Source: Bacillota bacterium
GTDB lineage: Bacteria; Bacillota; Ch66; Ch109
NCBI GenBank assembly: GCA_050952625.1
Contig: JBMNLH010000001.1
Coordinates: 928,001-992,000 of the forward strand
Direction: 5' to 3'
Length of the DNA stretch: 64,000 nucleotides
Within the stretch, counting starts at the first letter, position 1. Every line of letters starts with the position of its first letter. The notes beneath the pieces are model-generated. The model saw only the letters and a list, made by a program, of their open reading frames with translations, was not told where the DNA came from and ran no database searches. Shown here in pieces: positions 22,640 through 32,841 of this stretch. The position numbers and the translations under genes are program-made.

Positions 22640-23740
22640 GTGGATAAAAAATTGCTGACTTGTGGAATTATTGGATTACCAATGGTAGGAAAGACGACTT
22701 TTTTTAATTTATTAACTCAAGCTAAGGCTGAGACATCTAATTTCTATTCTGGCCGGACCGAGACAAACCGAGCAACAGCACGGATCCCAGATAATAGGAT
22801 TGACTTTCTTTCAGATTTATATCGACCGCGCCGGACCATTTACGCTCAGTTAGAAGTCATTGATGTAGTTGGACTGGTTCGGGGATCAAGTCAGGGGCAG
22901 GGAGTAGGTAATGCCTTTCTAACTGCCGTAAGAAATGCGGATACGTTGATTCAAGTTGTGCGGGTTTTTGAAAATCCTGAGGTGCCGCACCCAGAGAATA
23001 CAATAGATCCAGTGCGCGATATTGAAACAATCAATCTGGAATTATTATTAGCTGATTTGGAAATGGTAGAAAAAAGGATCCAACGAATAGAAGCGGGTAA
23101 GAAAAAAACCGAGCAATTAAAAGAGTTGGAGATATTGAAAAAAATTAAAGTTGGTTTAGAAGAAGAACGATCGATCCATAATCTTGGACTAACAGAGGAA
23201 GAAGCCTTTCAGATCCGATCGTTCGCCTTTCTTACTGAAAAACCAATGCTCCTCGTGGTGAATTTAGATGAAGAACAGCTTAGAAATAGCCATTACCCTG
23301 GAAAGTCGCAACTAGAGGCCTATGCGCTGGAAAAAGGAATACACGTGCTGGAAGCCTGTGGCAGGGCAGAAATGGAAATAAGCGAACTGAGTCAGGAAGA
23401 CCAAAAAACCTTTTTGGAAGATTTGGGTATTACTGAACCAGGTATCCATCGAGTTGCTCAAGCGATGTATCATAATCTGGGGCTAATCTCATTCTTAACG
23501 GTCGGCGAAGACGAAGTAAGGGCCTGGACTATCGAAAAAAATACGCCGGCAAAAACAGCGGCGGGAAAAATACACTCAGATATCGAGAGAGGGTTCATTC
23601 GAGCTGAGGTAGTTAAGTATCATGATTTGCATGAACTAGGATCAATGGTGAAGGTAAAGGAAAAGGGCCTTTTTCGACTGGAAGGCAAGGATTATTTGGT
23701 TCAGGATGGCGACATTATAAATTTCCGATTTAATGTTTAA
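22640..23740 (+). CDS. ychF: Redox-regulated ATPase YchF
   Basis: GLPMVGKTT, GLVRG...GNAFL, GKIHSDIERGFIRAE, DGDII.FRFNV. Confidence 0.95.
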   Translation: MDKKLLTCGIIGLPMVGKTTFFNLLTQAKAETSNFYSGRTETNRATARIPDNRIDFLSDLYRPRRTIYAQLEVIDVVGLVRGSSQGQGVGNAFLTAVRNADTLIQVVRVFENPEVPHPENTIDPVRDIETINLELLLADLEMVEKRIQRIEAGKKKTEQLKELEILKKIKVGLEEERSIHNLGLTEEEAFQIRSFAFLTEKPMLLVVNLDEEQLRNSHYPGKSQLEAYALEKGIHVLEACGRAEMEISELSQEDQKTFLEDLGITEPGIHRVAQAMYHNLGLISFLTVGEDEVRAWTIEKNTPAKTAAGKIHSDIERGFIRAEVVKYHDLHELGSMVKVKEKGLFRLEGKDYLVQDGDIINFRFNV

Positions 23741-23826
23741 GATAGTCTGCGACTGTGCCTTGCGGGCATTGACCAGTTAACAAGATCAGTAATAACAAAG
23801 ATACTGCTTAGGGAGGGCGGAGGGTC

Positions 23827-25176
23827 GTGCAGGTAATCATAGTCGGCGCGGGTAAAGTTGGCTTTAATCTAGCACAAATGTTGTCCTATGAACAGCACGA
23901 TGTCGTGGTCATTGAAATGGACGATGAAAGACGGCAAATAATTGGTGAACACCTGGATATCCAGACAGTTGGCGGGAATGGGGCTAGTCCGACTGTTCTT
24001 CAGGAAGCAGGTGTTCGGAAAGCAGACATGCTGATTGCCGTTACCGAAATGGATGAAATTAATATGGTTGCCTGCATGATGGCTAAACAGTTCGGTGTTC
24101 CGCGAACGGTGGCCAGGGTGCGTAATCCTGAATACACCGAAGGCCAACCCTCAGTCTCTTATCGTGAAATGGGAATTGACTTTATAATTAATCCGGAGCA
24201 GGTTACCGCCAGAGAAGTGGCAAAGGTGATCGAAGTTCCAGAAGCCTTAAACGTAGATTATTACGCTGAGGGTCGCATTCAAATGATTGAGGTCAAGATA
24301 AGTCCCCAAGCCCCAGTTGTCGGGAAAAAGCTGAAGGACCTCAACATTCCTAATCAGTGTTTGATTGCCTGTATCCTTCGGGATAGCGGTATGGTCGTTG
24401 CTCGGGGGGAAGATATGATCCAGGCGGGTGACTTGGTCTTTATAATTCTCCGCACCAAGGACACAGTAACCGTGGAAAAGATCATTGGGAAACAGATTAG
24501 TCGGGCGAGTACCGTCACTATCCTGGGAGCCGGCAGAATAAGTTATTACCTTACCGCTTACTTGCTGAGAAAGAAGCTGGCTTCAGTCAAAGTAATTGAG
24601 AAAAACCGGACAATCGCTAAGCAGTTTGCCCAACGCATGCCTGAAGCTTTGGTTATTAACGGGGACGGAGCAGATACGGAGTTATTACGCGAAGAAAATA
24701 TTGGTGAATCCGATGTATTTGTCGCTGTAACTGATGATGATAAAATGAACCTTTTAGTCTCATTATTGGCTAAAAACTTAGGCGTCAAGAAAACGATAAC
24801 TCAGGTTAGACGTTCTGACTATTCTACTCTAATGGAACAGGTTGGCATTGACGTAGCCGTAAGTCCTCGTTTATTGACGGCGGAAGCCATCCTTCGTTTT
24901 ATCCGACGGGGAAATATTGTCTCGGTTACCCTGGTGGGCGGAGATAAAGCTGAGGTAATAGAACTCATTGTGCCGGAAAAATCACTGGTTACCAATCGAT
25001 CATTAAAGCAAATTAACCTGCCGTCGGGAACCCTTGTGGGAGCGATTCAACGGAAAAATGATGTGCTTATTCCCAAAGGCACTGATGTGATCCGAGCAGG
25101 AGACCAGGTGATGGTTTTTAGCCTGCCGGAACACATTCACTTGGTTGAGAAATACTTCCAGGCCAACGGGGGGTAA
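23827..25176 (+). CDS. trkA: Trk potassium transporter NAD-binding subunit
   Basis: Two RCK domains with GAGKVG and GAGRI. Confidence 0.95.
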   Translation: MQVIIVGAGKVGFNLAQMLSYEQHDVVVIEMDDERRQIIGEHLDIQTVGGNGASPTVLQEAGVRKADMLIAVTEMDEINMVACMMAKQFGVPRTVARVRNPEYTEGQPSVSYREMGIDFIINPEQVTAREVAKVIEVPEALNVDYYAEGRIQMIEVKISPQAPVVGKKLKDLNIPNQCLIACILRDSGMVVARGEDMIQAGDLVFIILRTKDTVTVEKIIGKQISRASTVTILGAGRISYYLTAYLLRKKLASVKVIEKNRTIAKQFAQRMPEALVINGDGADTELLREENIGESDVFVAVTDDDKMNLLVSLLAKNLGVKKTITQVRRSDYSTLMEQVGIDVAVSPRLLTAEAILRFIRRGNIVSVTLVGGDKAEVIELIVPEKSLVTNRSLKQINLPSGTLVGAIQRKNDVLIPKGTDVIRAGDQVMVFSLPEHIHLVEKYFQANGG

Positions 25177-25184
25177 GCAGTGAA

Positions 25185-26621
25185 GTGAATTACCACCTCT
25201 TATTATCTTACTTGGGTCGGTTTCAACTAATTATTGGTATTTTTATGTTCTTGCCGATCCCTTGGGCTTTGTATTATCAAGAGAGCCTGGTCCCATTGAT
25301 TAGCTCCGGCTTAATTACAGTGACCTTTGGGTTGGCAATGGTTTTGAGATTTAGCAACAAAGGTAGTATTCGTTATCGGGAAGCCTTCGCTCTCGTAACC
25401 TTAAGCTGGATTTTAGCCTCTGGCTTTGGTTCTCTCCCGTACCTATTTTCGGGAACATTAGGTAATTTGGCAGATGCTTTTTATGAAACTATGTCCGGGT
25501 TTACAACCACCGGATCAAGTGTTTTAACGGATATAGAGGTAGTATCAAAAAGCATCCTATTCTGGCGAAGTCTCACCCACTGGCTGGGCGGTATGGGGAT
25601 TATCGTTTTGCTGGTAGCTTTGTTGTCCCAGTTAGGAGTGGGAGCCAATCAGGTTTTTCGGGCCGAGGTGCCGGGGCCGGTGGCCGAAAAGATAACGCCG
25701 CGTGTAGCTGAGACAGCTCGGATTCTCTGGCTGATCTATGTAATAATGACTATCATCGTGACTTTGCTTTATTGGATCGCGGGAATGACGCCTTTTGATG
25801 CCTTGTGCCACGGCTTTTCCACATCAGCTACCGGCGGCTTTTCCACTCGGAATATGAGTATCGGGTTTTACAGTCCACTAATTCAATGGATTACACTAAT
25901 CTTTTTGTTTTTATCTGGGACCAACTTTGCCTTATATATTCAAGCCATAAAAGGCAAGACTCTAAAGGGTTTTTGGAAGGACCCGGAATTCAAGCTTTAT
26001 GGGAGTATAATTATAGTTGCTACACTAATTGCGTCCTGGCAAATTCGCCATTTGTATCCTCTGGGAGAATCATTAATCCGGACCGCCTTATTTCAAGTCG
26101 TCAGCCTAGTGACTACGACGGGTTATGCTACAACTGATTATGGGATTTGGCCACCCGTTACTCAATTGATCTTGCTATTTCTTATGTTTATTGGGGGCTG
26201 CAGTGGTTCTACGGCTGGAGCGATAAAAGTAGCAAGGTTAAGGATAATTCTGGGGCAGACAGCTAGTGGGTTAAAACAATTGATTCATCCCCGCGGAGTG
26301 TTTGCGGTTCGCTTTGGTGACAAGACTTTATCTGATGAAGTTAGCATCAATGTCTTGCAGTTTTTTTCTCTGTACATAATGATTTTTGCCGGTGGGTCAA
26401 TAATCTTATCCGGCATGGGTATTGATTTACTAACCGCATTTACGGCAGCAGCCGCTAATATAGGGAATGTGGGACCAGGCTTAGGTTTAGTTGGTCCAAT
26501 TAATAACTATCAAGCTCTGCCAGATGCTGCCAAGTGGCTGCTCAGCCTAATGATGCTGCTCGGTCGTCTGGAGATATTCACCGTATTGGTTCTGATTTCC
26601 CCGGCTTTTTGGAAGAAATAA
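25185..26621 (+). CDS. trkH: TrkH potassium uptake permease
   Basis: SGFTTTG, TGGFS, TTTGY, GNVGPG, GRLEI. Confidence 0.95.
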   Translation: MNYHLLLSYLGRFQLIIGIFMFLPIPWALYYQESLVPLISSGLITVTFGLAMVLRFSNKGSIRYREAFALVTLSWILASGFGSLPYLFSGTLGNLADAFYETMSGFTTTGSSVLTDIEVVSKSILFWRSLTHWLGGMGIIVLLVALLSQLGVGANQVFRAEVPGPVAEKITPRVAETARILWLIYVIMTIIVTLLYWIAGMTPFDALCHGFSTSATGGFSTRNMSIGFYSPLIQWITLIFLFLSGTNFALYIQAIKGKTLKGFWKDPEFKLYGSIIIVATLIASWQIRHLYPLGESLIRTALFQVVSLVTTTGYATTDYGIWPPVTQLILLFLMFIGGCSGSTAGAIKVARLRIILGQTASGLKQLIHPRGVFAVRFGDKTLSDEVSINVLQFFSLYIMIFAGGSIILSGMGIDLLTAFTAAAANIGNVGPGLGLVGPINNYQALPDAAKWLLSLMMLLGRLEIFTVLVLISPAFWKK

Positions 26622-26663
26622 GCATTTCCAGGTTGAGTCAATTTAAAGACAGGAGGATTTCAA

Positions 26664-28148
26664 GTGAAAGGACAGTTTGCTGCTTTAAAGACATTATATT
26701 CCTTAGCTGAAATCCGCAATATTCCGGTCTTTGTCGTTGGTGGAACGGTACGGGATTTATTGTTGGGAAGAAGAATTACTGATTTGGATGTCTTAATATT
26801 TGGCAATGTTTGGAAACTGGCACCGGAGTTGGCTCAAGCCTTAGAGGCGACTTGGTTTGTCTTAGACGAACAGACTCAGACTGCTCGGGTAGTTTTACAT
26901 AATCAGCAATCTCAATTAAATATTGACCTCGTTGGGGCAGGGTATAAAAGCCTGCACGAAAATCTGGTGGAACGTGACTTTACCATCAACGCCATGGCCA
27001 TTAACCTGTCAGATTGTCTGATCCATTTTGAGAGTATAAATAATAATAATAATAAAGTCGATAACTATCCTTTTTGGGGCCAATTATTTGATCCTTTAAA
27101 AGGGCGGGATGATTTACGGGCTGGTATTCTTCGGGTAACCGGGGAGAAGGTATTTCAACGGGATCCTTTACGTTTATTGAGGGCGGTCCGACAATCAGCG
27201 ACTCTGGGTTTACTAATTGAAAAGTCAACCTGGGCTTTAATAAAACAGCAAGCTGGTTTAATTTCTCAAAGCTCACCGGAACGGGTAAGGGATGAACTAT
27301 TTAAAATTCTAGCGTTAAATGATGCCCATTACTGGATGACTCAGCTAGACGAACTAGGTTTGCTGGACCAAGTCTTGCCTGAGTTGATGACTTTGAAAGG
27401 AGTTCAACAAAACGAACACCATTCGTTGGATGTGTGGGGACACTGTCTGGCTACCCTGGAAGAGCTGGAAAAACGACCCTGGGAAGGTTTGCTAACTCGG
27501 AAGATAGAGGCGCGGGTTAACCAGTTTCTTACTGAAGAGGTAGTGGTGGGTCGATCAAAGTGGAGTTTATTAAAGCTAGCTGCTCTGTTACATGATATGG
27601 GTAAACCGGAAGTTAAGGCCAGTAAGTCGGGAGGAAAGGTAGTATTCTATGGTCATGAACAAGCAGGGGCTCGTCGTGTTCGGCAAATAGCCGATCGAAT
27701 TAAACTATCAAGTCGAGAAAAGAGAATACTGGCTACAATAATTGATCAACACATGCGTCCTTTTCATCTTTTTCGGGCTAAGAATCATACAGCTAAGGCA
27801 GAGTGCCGATTCTTTTTTAGTGCAGACTGTGAGACAATTTCCGTTCTTTTGCTGTCAATAGCTGATCGCCGGGCGGGAAGAGTTAGGACTGATGCTAAGG
27901 AAACAACAGATTACCAACACTTTATTAAGATTTTACTTGAAAAGTACTTAGACGAATTTCAGCCAATTAGAGAGCATCGGATCATTCGCGGTCGGGAGAT
28001 AATGACCGTTTTTGGACTCAAACCAGGACCATCGATCGGGAAATTGTTAAAAAGGGTTGAGGAAGCTCAGGTGCTAGGTCAAATCCATACCCAGGAAGAT
28101 GCCTTAAGGTTGGTAGGTCAAATTCTGAAAAATAGCCGAGTATATTAA
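26664..28148 (+). CDS. CCA-adding/poly(A) polymerase family nucleotidyltransferase with HD domain
   Basis: VGGTVRD..DLD, RDFTINAMA, DPLRLLR, LLHDMGKP, PGPSIG. Confidence 0.9.
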   Translation: MKGQFAALKTLYSLAEIRNIPVFVVGGTVRDLLLGRRITDLDVLIFGNVWKLAPELAQALEATWFVLDEQTQTARVVLHNQQSQLNIDLVGAGYKSLHENLVERDFTINAMAINLSDCLIHFESINNNNNKVDNYPFWGQLFDPLKGRDDLRAGILRVTGEKVFQRDPLRLLRAVRQSATLGLLIEKSTWALIKQQAGLISQSSPERVRDELFKILALNDAHYWMTQLDELGLLDQVLPELMTLKGVQQNEHHSLDVWGHCLATLEELEKRPWEGLLTRKIEARVNQFLTEEVVVGRSKWSLLKLAALLHDMGKPEVKASKSGGKVVFYGHEQAGARRVRQIADRIKLSSREKRILATIIDQHMRPFHLFRAKNHTAKAECRFFFSADCETISVLLLSIADRRAGRVRTDAKETTDYQHFIKILLEKYLDEFQPIREHRIIRGREIMTVFGLKPGPSIGKLLKRVEEAQVLGQIHTQEDALRLVGQILKNSRVY

Positions 28149-28288
28149 CAATGTACCATGCTGTGCCAATATAATACAGTGACTATCCGAAATATCATAG
28201 GTTCAAGTTCCAACTATGGTGATTACTATTGCGCCATGGTTATAGATTGTCAACAAGAGTCTGCTATAATGAGCCAGGGGGGAAGACC

Positions 28289-29239
28289 ATGTTACTGGAT
28301 TTCTTCAAAAGAAGATCGCGATCCAGAAAACAGGCTAACGATATATTGGGAAAGCCGAGTCAATTAGTTAATGAGTCTGTCAATGCCCCACAAATAAAGG
28401 CACAAGAATTCTCGTCTGAAGATACTTCCGAAGATGTTAGGGCAGGAGATGTTTTAGAGATTAAGGAAAAGACGGTTGGGGCAATTAGCATCAACAGCAC
28501 CAATCATCAAGCAGTTCCGGCTTGGACTAGGGGCTGGTTAGGAAAAAACGACACTGATATTTCAGATAGTATTACTTCTGATAAATCTACTCTAACTACG
28601 AATAGTAACCCTGAGAATCTAAACGCTTCTAGTAAATCCGCTATTGCAGAGGACCCAGAACTACCCATAGTAGATTTGGTTGAACCGCGAAACGTGGAAG
28701 TAAGAGAAATGATATTAAGACAGATCCAGAATTCGAGATCAGTTGCCCGTTATATGTGTAGTACAGAGAATTTAGTAGAAGAACAGATTCGAAAGTCTAT
28801 GGAAAGAGGAGAGTTTAATAATCTTCAGGGAAAAGGCAAACCCTTAAAATTTGAGGAAAATCCATATGAAAACCCGGAGTTGAGGCTCCCCTTTAAAATT
28901 TTGAAGGATGCTGGTTTTGCCCCCTATTGGATTGAGATGAGTAAACAGATTGATGCAGAGATAGCCGCCTGTCAGATGATTTTTGAAAAGTTCCTAGATA
29001 ACCTTGCCTTTCGTAAGGCCCGTTACGGATATATCAAAAGAACTCCCGAATTTGAGCTGCGATTAAGGGATGTACTGAAAACTTGCAGCGAAAAGTTTGA
29101 TGAGATTAATAAAAAAATCGATAAGTACAATATGATTGTCCCTATGTACTGGTTGCAAAGGAAGAAAATTGACACTGAGATTGAGATGGCTAATTTTCGT
29201 CGACGTTTAGATGATCAATTATGGGGAAGATCACACTAA
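28289..29239 (+). CDS. DUF1992 (DnaJ-family-associated domain) protein with long disordered N-terminus
   Basis: EEQIRKSMERGEFNNLQGKGKPL, ILKDAGFAPYW. Confidence 0.8.
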   Translation: MLLDFFKRRSRSRKQANDILGKPSQLVNESVNAPQIKAQEFSSEDTSEDVRAGDVLEIKEKTVGAISINSTNHQAVPAWTRGWLGKNDTDISDSITSDKSTLTTNSNPENLNASSKSAIAEDPELPIVDLVEPRNVEVREMILRQIQNSRSVARYMCSTENLVEEQIRKSMERGEFNNLQGKGKPLKFEENPYENPELRLPFKILKDAGFAPYWIEMSKQIDAEIAACQMIFEKFLDNLAFRKARYGYIKRTPEFELRLRDVLKTCSEKFDEINKKIDKYNMIVPMYWLQRKKIDTEIEMANFRRRLDDQLWGRSH

Positions 29240-29294
29240 AACGCAAACGTATGACAAGTACCCTTATAGCAAGCAAGAAAGAGAGGTCGTTTGG

Positions 29295-30146
29295 GTGTAT
29301 CTAGGGGCTCATCTGTCAATATCTCAGGGTTACCGTAGCGCAGTAACATCTGCTTTAGAAATTGGGGGGAATACCTTCCAGTTTTTTACCCGTAATCCCC
29401 GAGGGGGGCGAGCAAAAAAATTAGACTCTCGGGACGTAGAGCAGTCAATAAAACTTTGCCAGTCTTATGGGTTTGGCCCTTTGATTGGGCACGCTCCATA
29501 TACGATAAACTTAGCTTCTCCGACTGAAAGGACCCGAGAGTTTGCCATAATGGCTCTTAAGGAAGATTTAGTTCGGGTAAAGAGTGTTGGTGCTGCTTAT
29601 CTTGCAGTTCATCCTGGAAGTCATGTTGGAGACGGAATTGATCGGGGTTTAACCAGAATTATAGAGGGATTAAATCGAGTTTTTTCTGATTTGGATTTAC
29701 CTGCTTTAGATGGGGTTATGCTACTACTAGAAGGAATGGCTGGTGAGGGGTCAGAAATTGGTGATCTTTTTGAACAGCTAAACTGCATCCGGCGAGGAAT
29801 TAAATATCAGGACCGAGTAGGGGTTATTCTGGATACCTGCCATCTTTACGCAGCGGGATATGATATTAGAAACAATCTAAATCAGGTATTAGAGAGTTTT
29901 GATCGAGCAGTTGGCCTGGAACATCTCAAGGCTTTCCATATCAATGATTCTAAATATCCATTAGGTAGTAGAAGAGACCGTCACGCTAATCTGGGGGAGG
30001 GTTATTTAGGACTGGACTTTTTTATTAAATTTATACGACACCCCTTAGTACAAGAATTGCCCCTAATTCTGGAAACACCAGGAGATATAGCTGTTTATGC
30101 CAAAGAAATAGCCTTGTTAAAGAGTGGAGTAAAAAGAGAGCAGTAA
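29295..30146 (+). CDS. nfo: Endonuclease IV
   Basis: GAHLS, HAPYTINLA, HPGS, DTCH, HINDS, DRHAN, ILETP. Confidence 0.96.
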   Translation: MYLGAHLSISQGYRSAVTSALEIGGNTFQFFTRNPRGGRAKKLDSRDVEQSIKLCQSYGFGPLIGHAPYTINLASPTERTREFAIMALKEDLVRVKSVGAAYLAVHPGSHVGDGIDRGLTRIIEGLNRVFSDLDLPALDGVMLLLEGMAGEGSEIGDLFEQLNCIRRGIKYQDRVGVILDTCHLYAAGYDIRNNLNQVLESFDRAVGLEHLKAFHINDSKYPLGSRRDRHANLGEGYLGLDFFIKFIRHPLVQELPLILETPGDIAVYAKEIALLKSGVKREQ

Positions 30147-30234
30147 TCTAAGAATTATAAGAAAGGTGGTGCCATCCTGGTTTTTGGCAGCATACAAGAA
30201 GAGTTAATGTCGTAAAACCTTCCTCGTTAATAAG

Positions 30235-30400
30235 ACACGCAGGGAAAATCGGGTGCGGACAGATAACCAGCAATGGGTAACACCCCCTTAGGGCTGAACC
30301 GGATCAGCGCGATTATAAACTACCCGAAGCATCAGCGAGAGCGGAGAGCGGATGGAATAACTGAATCCAGTGATGCTGCCTTCCGTTGGTCGGCGGAGAG
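30235..30400 (+). ncRNA. Candidate structured RNA, family not recognised
   Basis: GC-rich island with nested helices and GNRA loops: GGGTG/CACCC, CCA-GCAA-TGG, GCTGA/TCAGC, AGCATCA/TGATGCT, GC-GAGA-GC. Confidence 0.45.
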
Positions 30401-30461
30401 AAACTAAATATATCAGAATTGTCCTTGATAAATAAGATATATTTAGATTTCAAAACCGGGT

Positions 30462-31319
30462 TTGCTAATGACTGTTCTTGTGACTTATCATGAGGATTTT
30501 AGCAATCAGGGATATCCATTCTTAAAGTACCGGCTCAAACCTTCTTTTCAGGCACTTCAAAAACTAGTTAGCGAAAAAACTCTTCCAGTTAAAGTTATCG
30601 AACCAAGGGTAACCGAAGATATTATAAATCTCGTTGACCGGATCCACAATTGGCGACATATTCGGGACGTTCAGGATTCTGGTTACTACGAGGTTTCCCT
30701 GTTATCAGTGGCTAGTGTTGTTCAGGCAGCAGAGTTATTGTCAATAGATAGGACCTATAGTTCTGGTTTTGCCTATGTAGGTGCTGCCGGACATCACGCT
30801 AGTCCGATGGGTTTTTGGGGATTTTGTTTTCTTAACGATATCGCTGCAGCTATTACTAGATTGCGTGACTTAGGCAAAGATAGATTTCTAATATTGGATG
30901 TAGACCCGCACTTCGGAGATGGAACACGAGCCTTTTTTGAAAAGGATAAGAATGTTATACATATAAATATTTACACTGGCAATAAAGATGAAATCGACTT
31001 AAACCTAAATAATTATGATTACGGTTTGCCATACAATGCCAACGACGACGATTTTGAGGTCACTTTGGAACGGGCTTTATCCCATTCTTTTGATTTTGAT
31101 TTGATGTTTATAGTTTTTGGGCACGATTCTCATATCTCGGATTACGGTGGTTTTGCTTTTTCCGACGCAGTCTACCCAATTTTAGCTAACAAGGTTAAGG
31201 AATATGCAGCTATGCGGCCACATCTTTGGGTATTAAGTGGCGGTTCAGAAATAGAAGTAGCGTCGCGGGTTATTCCAGCTATTATTAAAGTATTAGCGAA
31301 AGATACGAAGGGCAAATAA
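30462..31319 (+). CDS. Second histone deacetylase family protein
   Basis: GHHA, GFCFLND, DVDPHFGDG, GHD; SGGS in place of EGGY. Confidence 0.85.
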   Translation: MLMTVLVTYHEDFSNQGYPFLKYRLKPSFQALQKLVSEKTLPVKVIEPRVTEDIINLVDRIHNWRHIRDVQDSGYYEVSLLSVASVVQAAELLSIDRTYSSGFAYVGAAGHHASPMGFWGFCFLNDIAAAITRLRDLGKDRFLILDVDPHFGDGTRAFFEKDKNVIHINIYTGNKDEIDLNLNNYDYGLPYNANDDDFEVTLERALSHSFDFDLMFIVFGHDSHISDYGGFAFSDAVYPILANKVKEYAAMRPHLWVLSGGSEIEVASRVIPAIIKVLAKDTKGK

Positions 31320-31546
31320 GTGTTAATATATTATTGTATTGTCTAAAAGCAGGGTTTTAACAAATTAGATTTACCAAATAGATTCTCAATTTATCCATTA
31401 AAAGCTAGGTTAATCCGTTGCTAGATGGATATTCAGGCAACGGAATTTATTTATACTATGGATATGAAATGACAAATTATATTAATCACAAATTAATAGA
31501 TTGCTTGTTTAATAGAAATAAAAACGCAAATTAACATAGTAAGTCA

Positions 31547-31569
31547 TTAGTGATGCATAAAATTTAACC
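31547..31569 (+). repeat. Dispersed TAGTGATGCA-type repeat end
   Basis: CATTAGTGATGCATAAAATTTAA is the exact reverse complement of 40911-40933; a variant occurs at 42052-42070. Confidence 0.75.
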
Positions 31570-31657
31570 CATTTCTTCTAAGTGCATTTTACACTGGCTT
31601 ATATATAGGGTCAAATAGACGAAGATTGAATATTCTGAACCGAATAGTCTGGAAAAC

Positions 31658-32203
31658 TTGCCGTATCCCTTATTTGTCAAAACTCGGTTTGATATCGGGA
31701 CTAAAAAAATAGCCAAAGCCAATAATCCAGAAGAGCTTGAGCAGCTACTGCGGGTTACAGAGAAACCAATAATTCAGGAGTATCTCGACGGCGAGGAGTT
31801 TACCGTTGATCTATTAGCTGATTTGTCGGGCAAGGTGATCATGACTTCTCCTCGAAGGCGGCTTGAGGTTAGAGAGGGAATCAGCACCAAAGGAATAACC
31901 GTCAAGAATGAATTGTTATCTGAACTGGCTGCGGCTTGCGTTGAGACATTTCCTCTACCCGGGGTATCTAACGTTCAGATAATAGTTGACCAATCCCAAA
32001 ACAGGTTGTGCGTAGTCGATGTTAATCCGAGATTTGCAACTGGCGGACTACCGCTGGCGATTGCGGCCGGTTTTAATATTCCCGACTTACTGATAAAGCT
32101 CTTATTAGGTCAACCACTTAAAATAGTTGAGCCAGAGGCAGGCGTAGTTATGATGCGGTATTGGCATTCAGTGTGCGTTAGAAGTGATCAACTCGTTAAC
32201 TAA
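31658..32203 (+). pseudogene. ATP-grasp protein fragment (N-terminally truncated)
   Basis: YPLFVK, IIQEYL.GEEFTVD, DVNPRF; no N-terminal domain or clear RBS. Confidence 0.65.
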
Positions 32204-32328
32204 AAGGAGATTTCAACTGCGGCTGCATTCTGAGCAGGGTGAAGAATCTTAAACTTTATAAGATTTGTTCCGGTTTAGCCTGCTGGCCAGGTTAAAACAT
32301 AAGCGTTGTCTATTTTGGCAGGATTAGT

Positions 32329-32355
32329 AAACCCGGGGTTAACACCCGGGTTTTT
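32329..32355. terminator. Intrinsic terminator
   Basis: AAACCCGGG...CCCGGGTTTTT. Confidence 0.7.
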
Positions 32356-32841
32356 ATCAAAATTGCTTAGGATTGTTCAATCATTTTATTTAGTTCATTT
32401 ACCAAAACAGTTGGATTGACTTTGTGAGCTAGAGCAGCCTGCTCTAGTGTCTTACGACCATCACCACCTCAACAACCGACAGTGATATGGTATTTTTTAA
32501 AAATGTTGTAAGTCCTAGGATATTTTTTTACAACGTCAATTACCCGCCAATCTGTAGTAATCACCAGATAATTTCCCCCTTTCCAAGTAATGCTTAGGCT
32601 TCCTATATTTATTAAGATATTATCAACCGGTCAGATATGTTCAGACTTTAGAGTAAAGAATTGATTCGTTATTGTTGCTGTGTCATGTAACACTTCCCCT
32701 GGCAATCGAATAAATTATTGTAGAAGTTGGAAGTGCTGTTAAAAAAATAACAATCAAGGCAGATGAAACCAAACAGGTTATATTACTGGCTTGCTTTGGC
32801 ACAACCGCTTTGCAGAATTATCAAAAAGGAGGATGCGTTAG

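Noticed and set aside
30161-30215. Small peptide gene after AAAGGTGGT (e.g. MPSWFLAAYKKS)
   Set aside because: Very short, with poor RBS spacing and no supporting evidence.
30291-30330. tmRNA (GGGCTGA start)
   Set aside because: No tRNA-like 3' end or tag reading frame found.
32226-32249. REP-like CATTCTGAGC...GAAGAATCT fragment (similar at 33789)
   Set aside because: Too short and degenerate to define boundaries.
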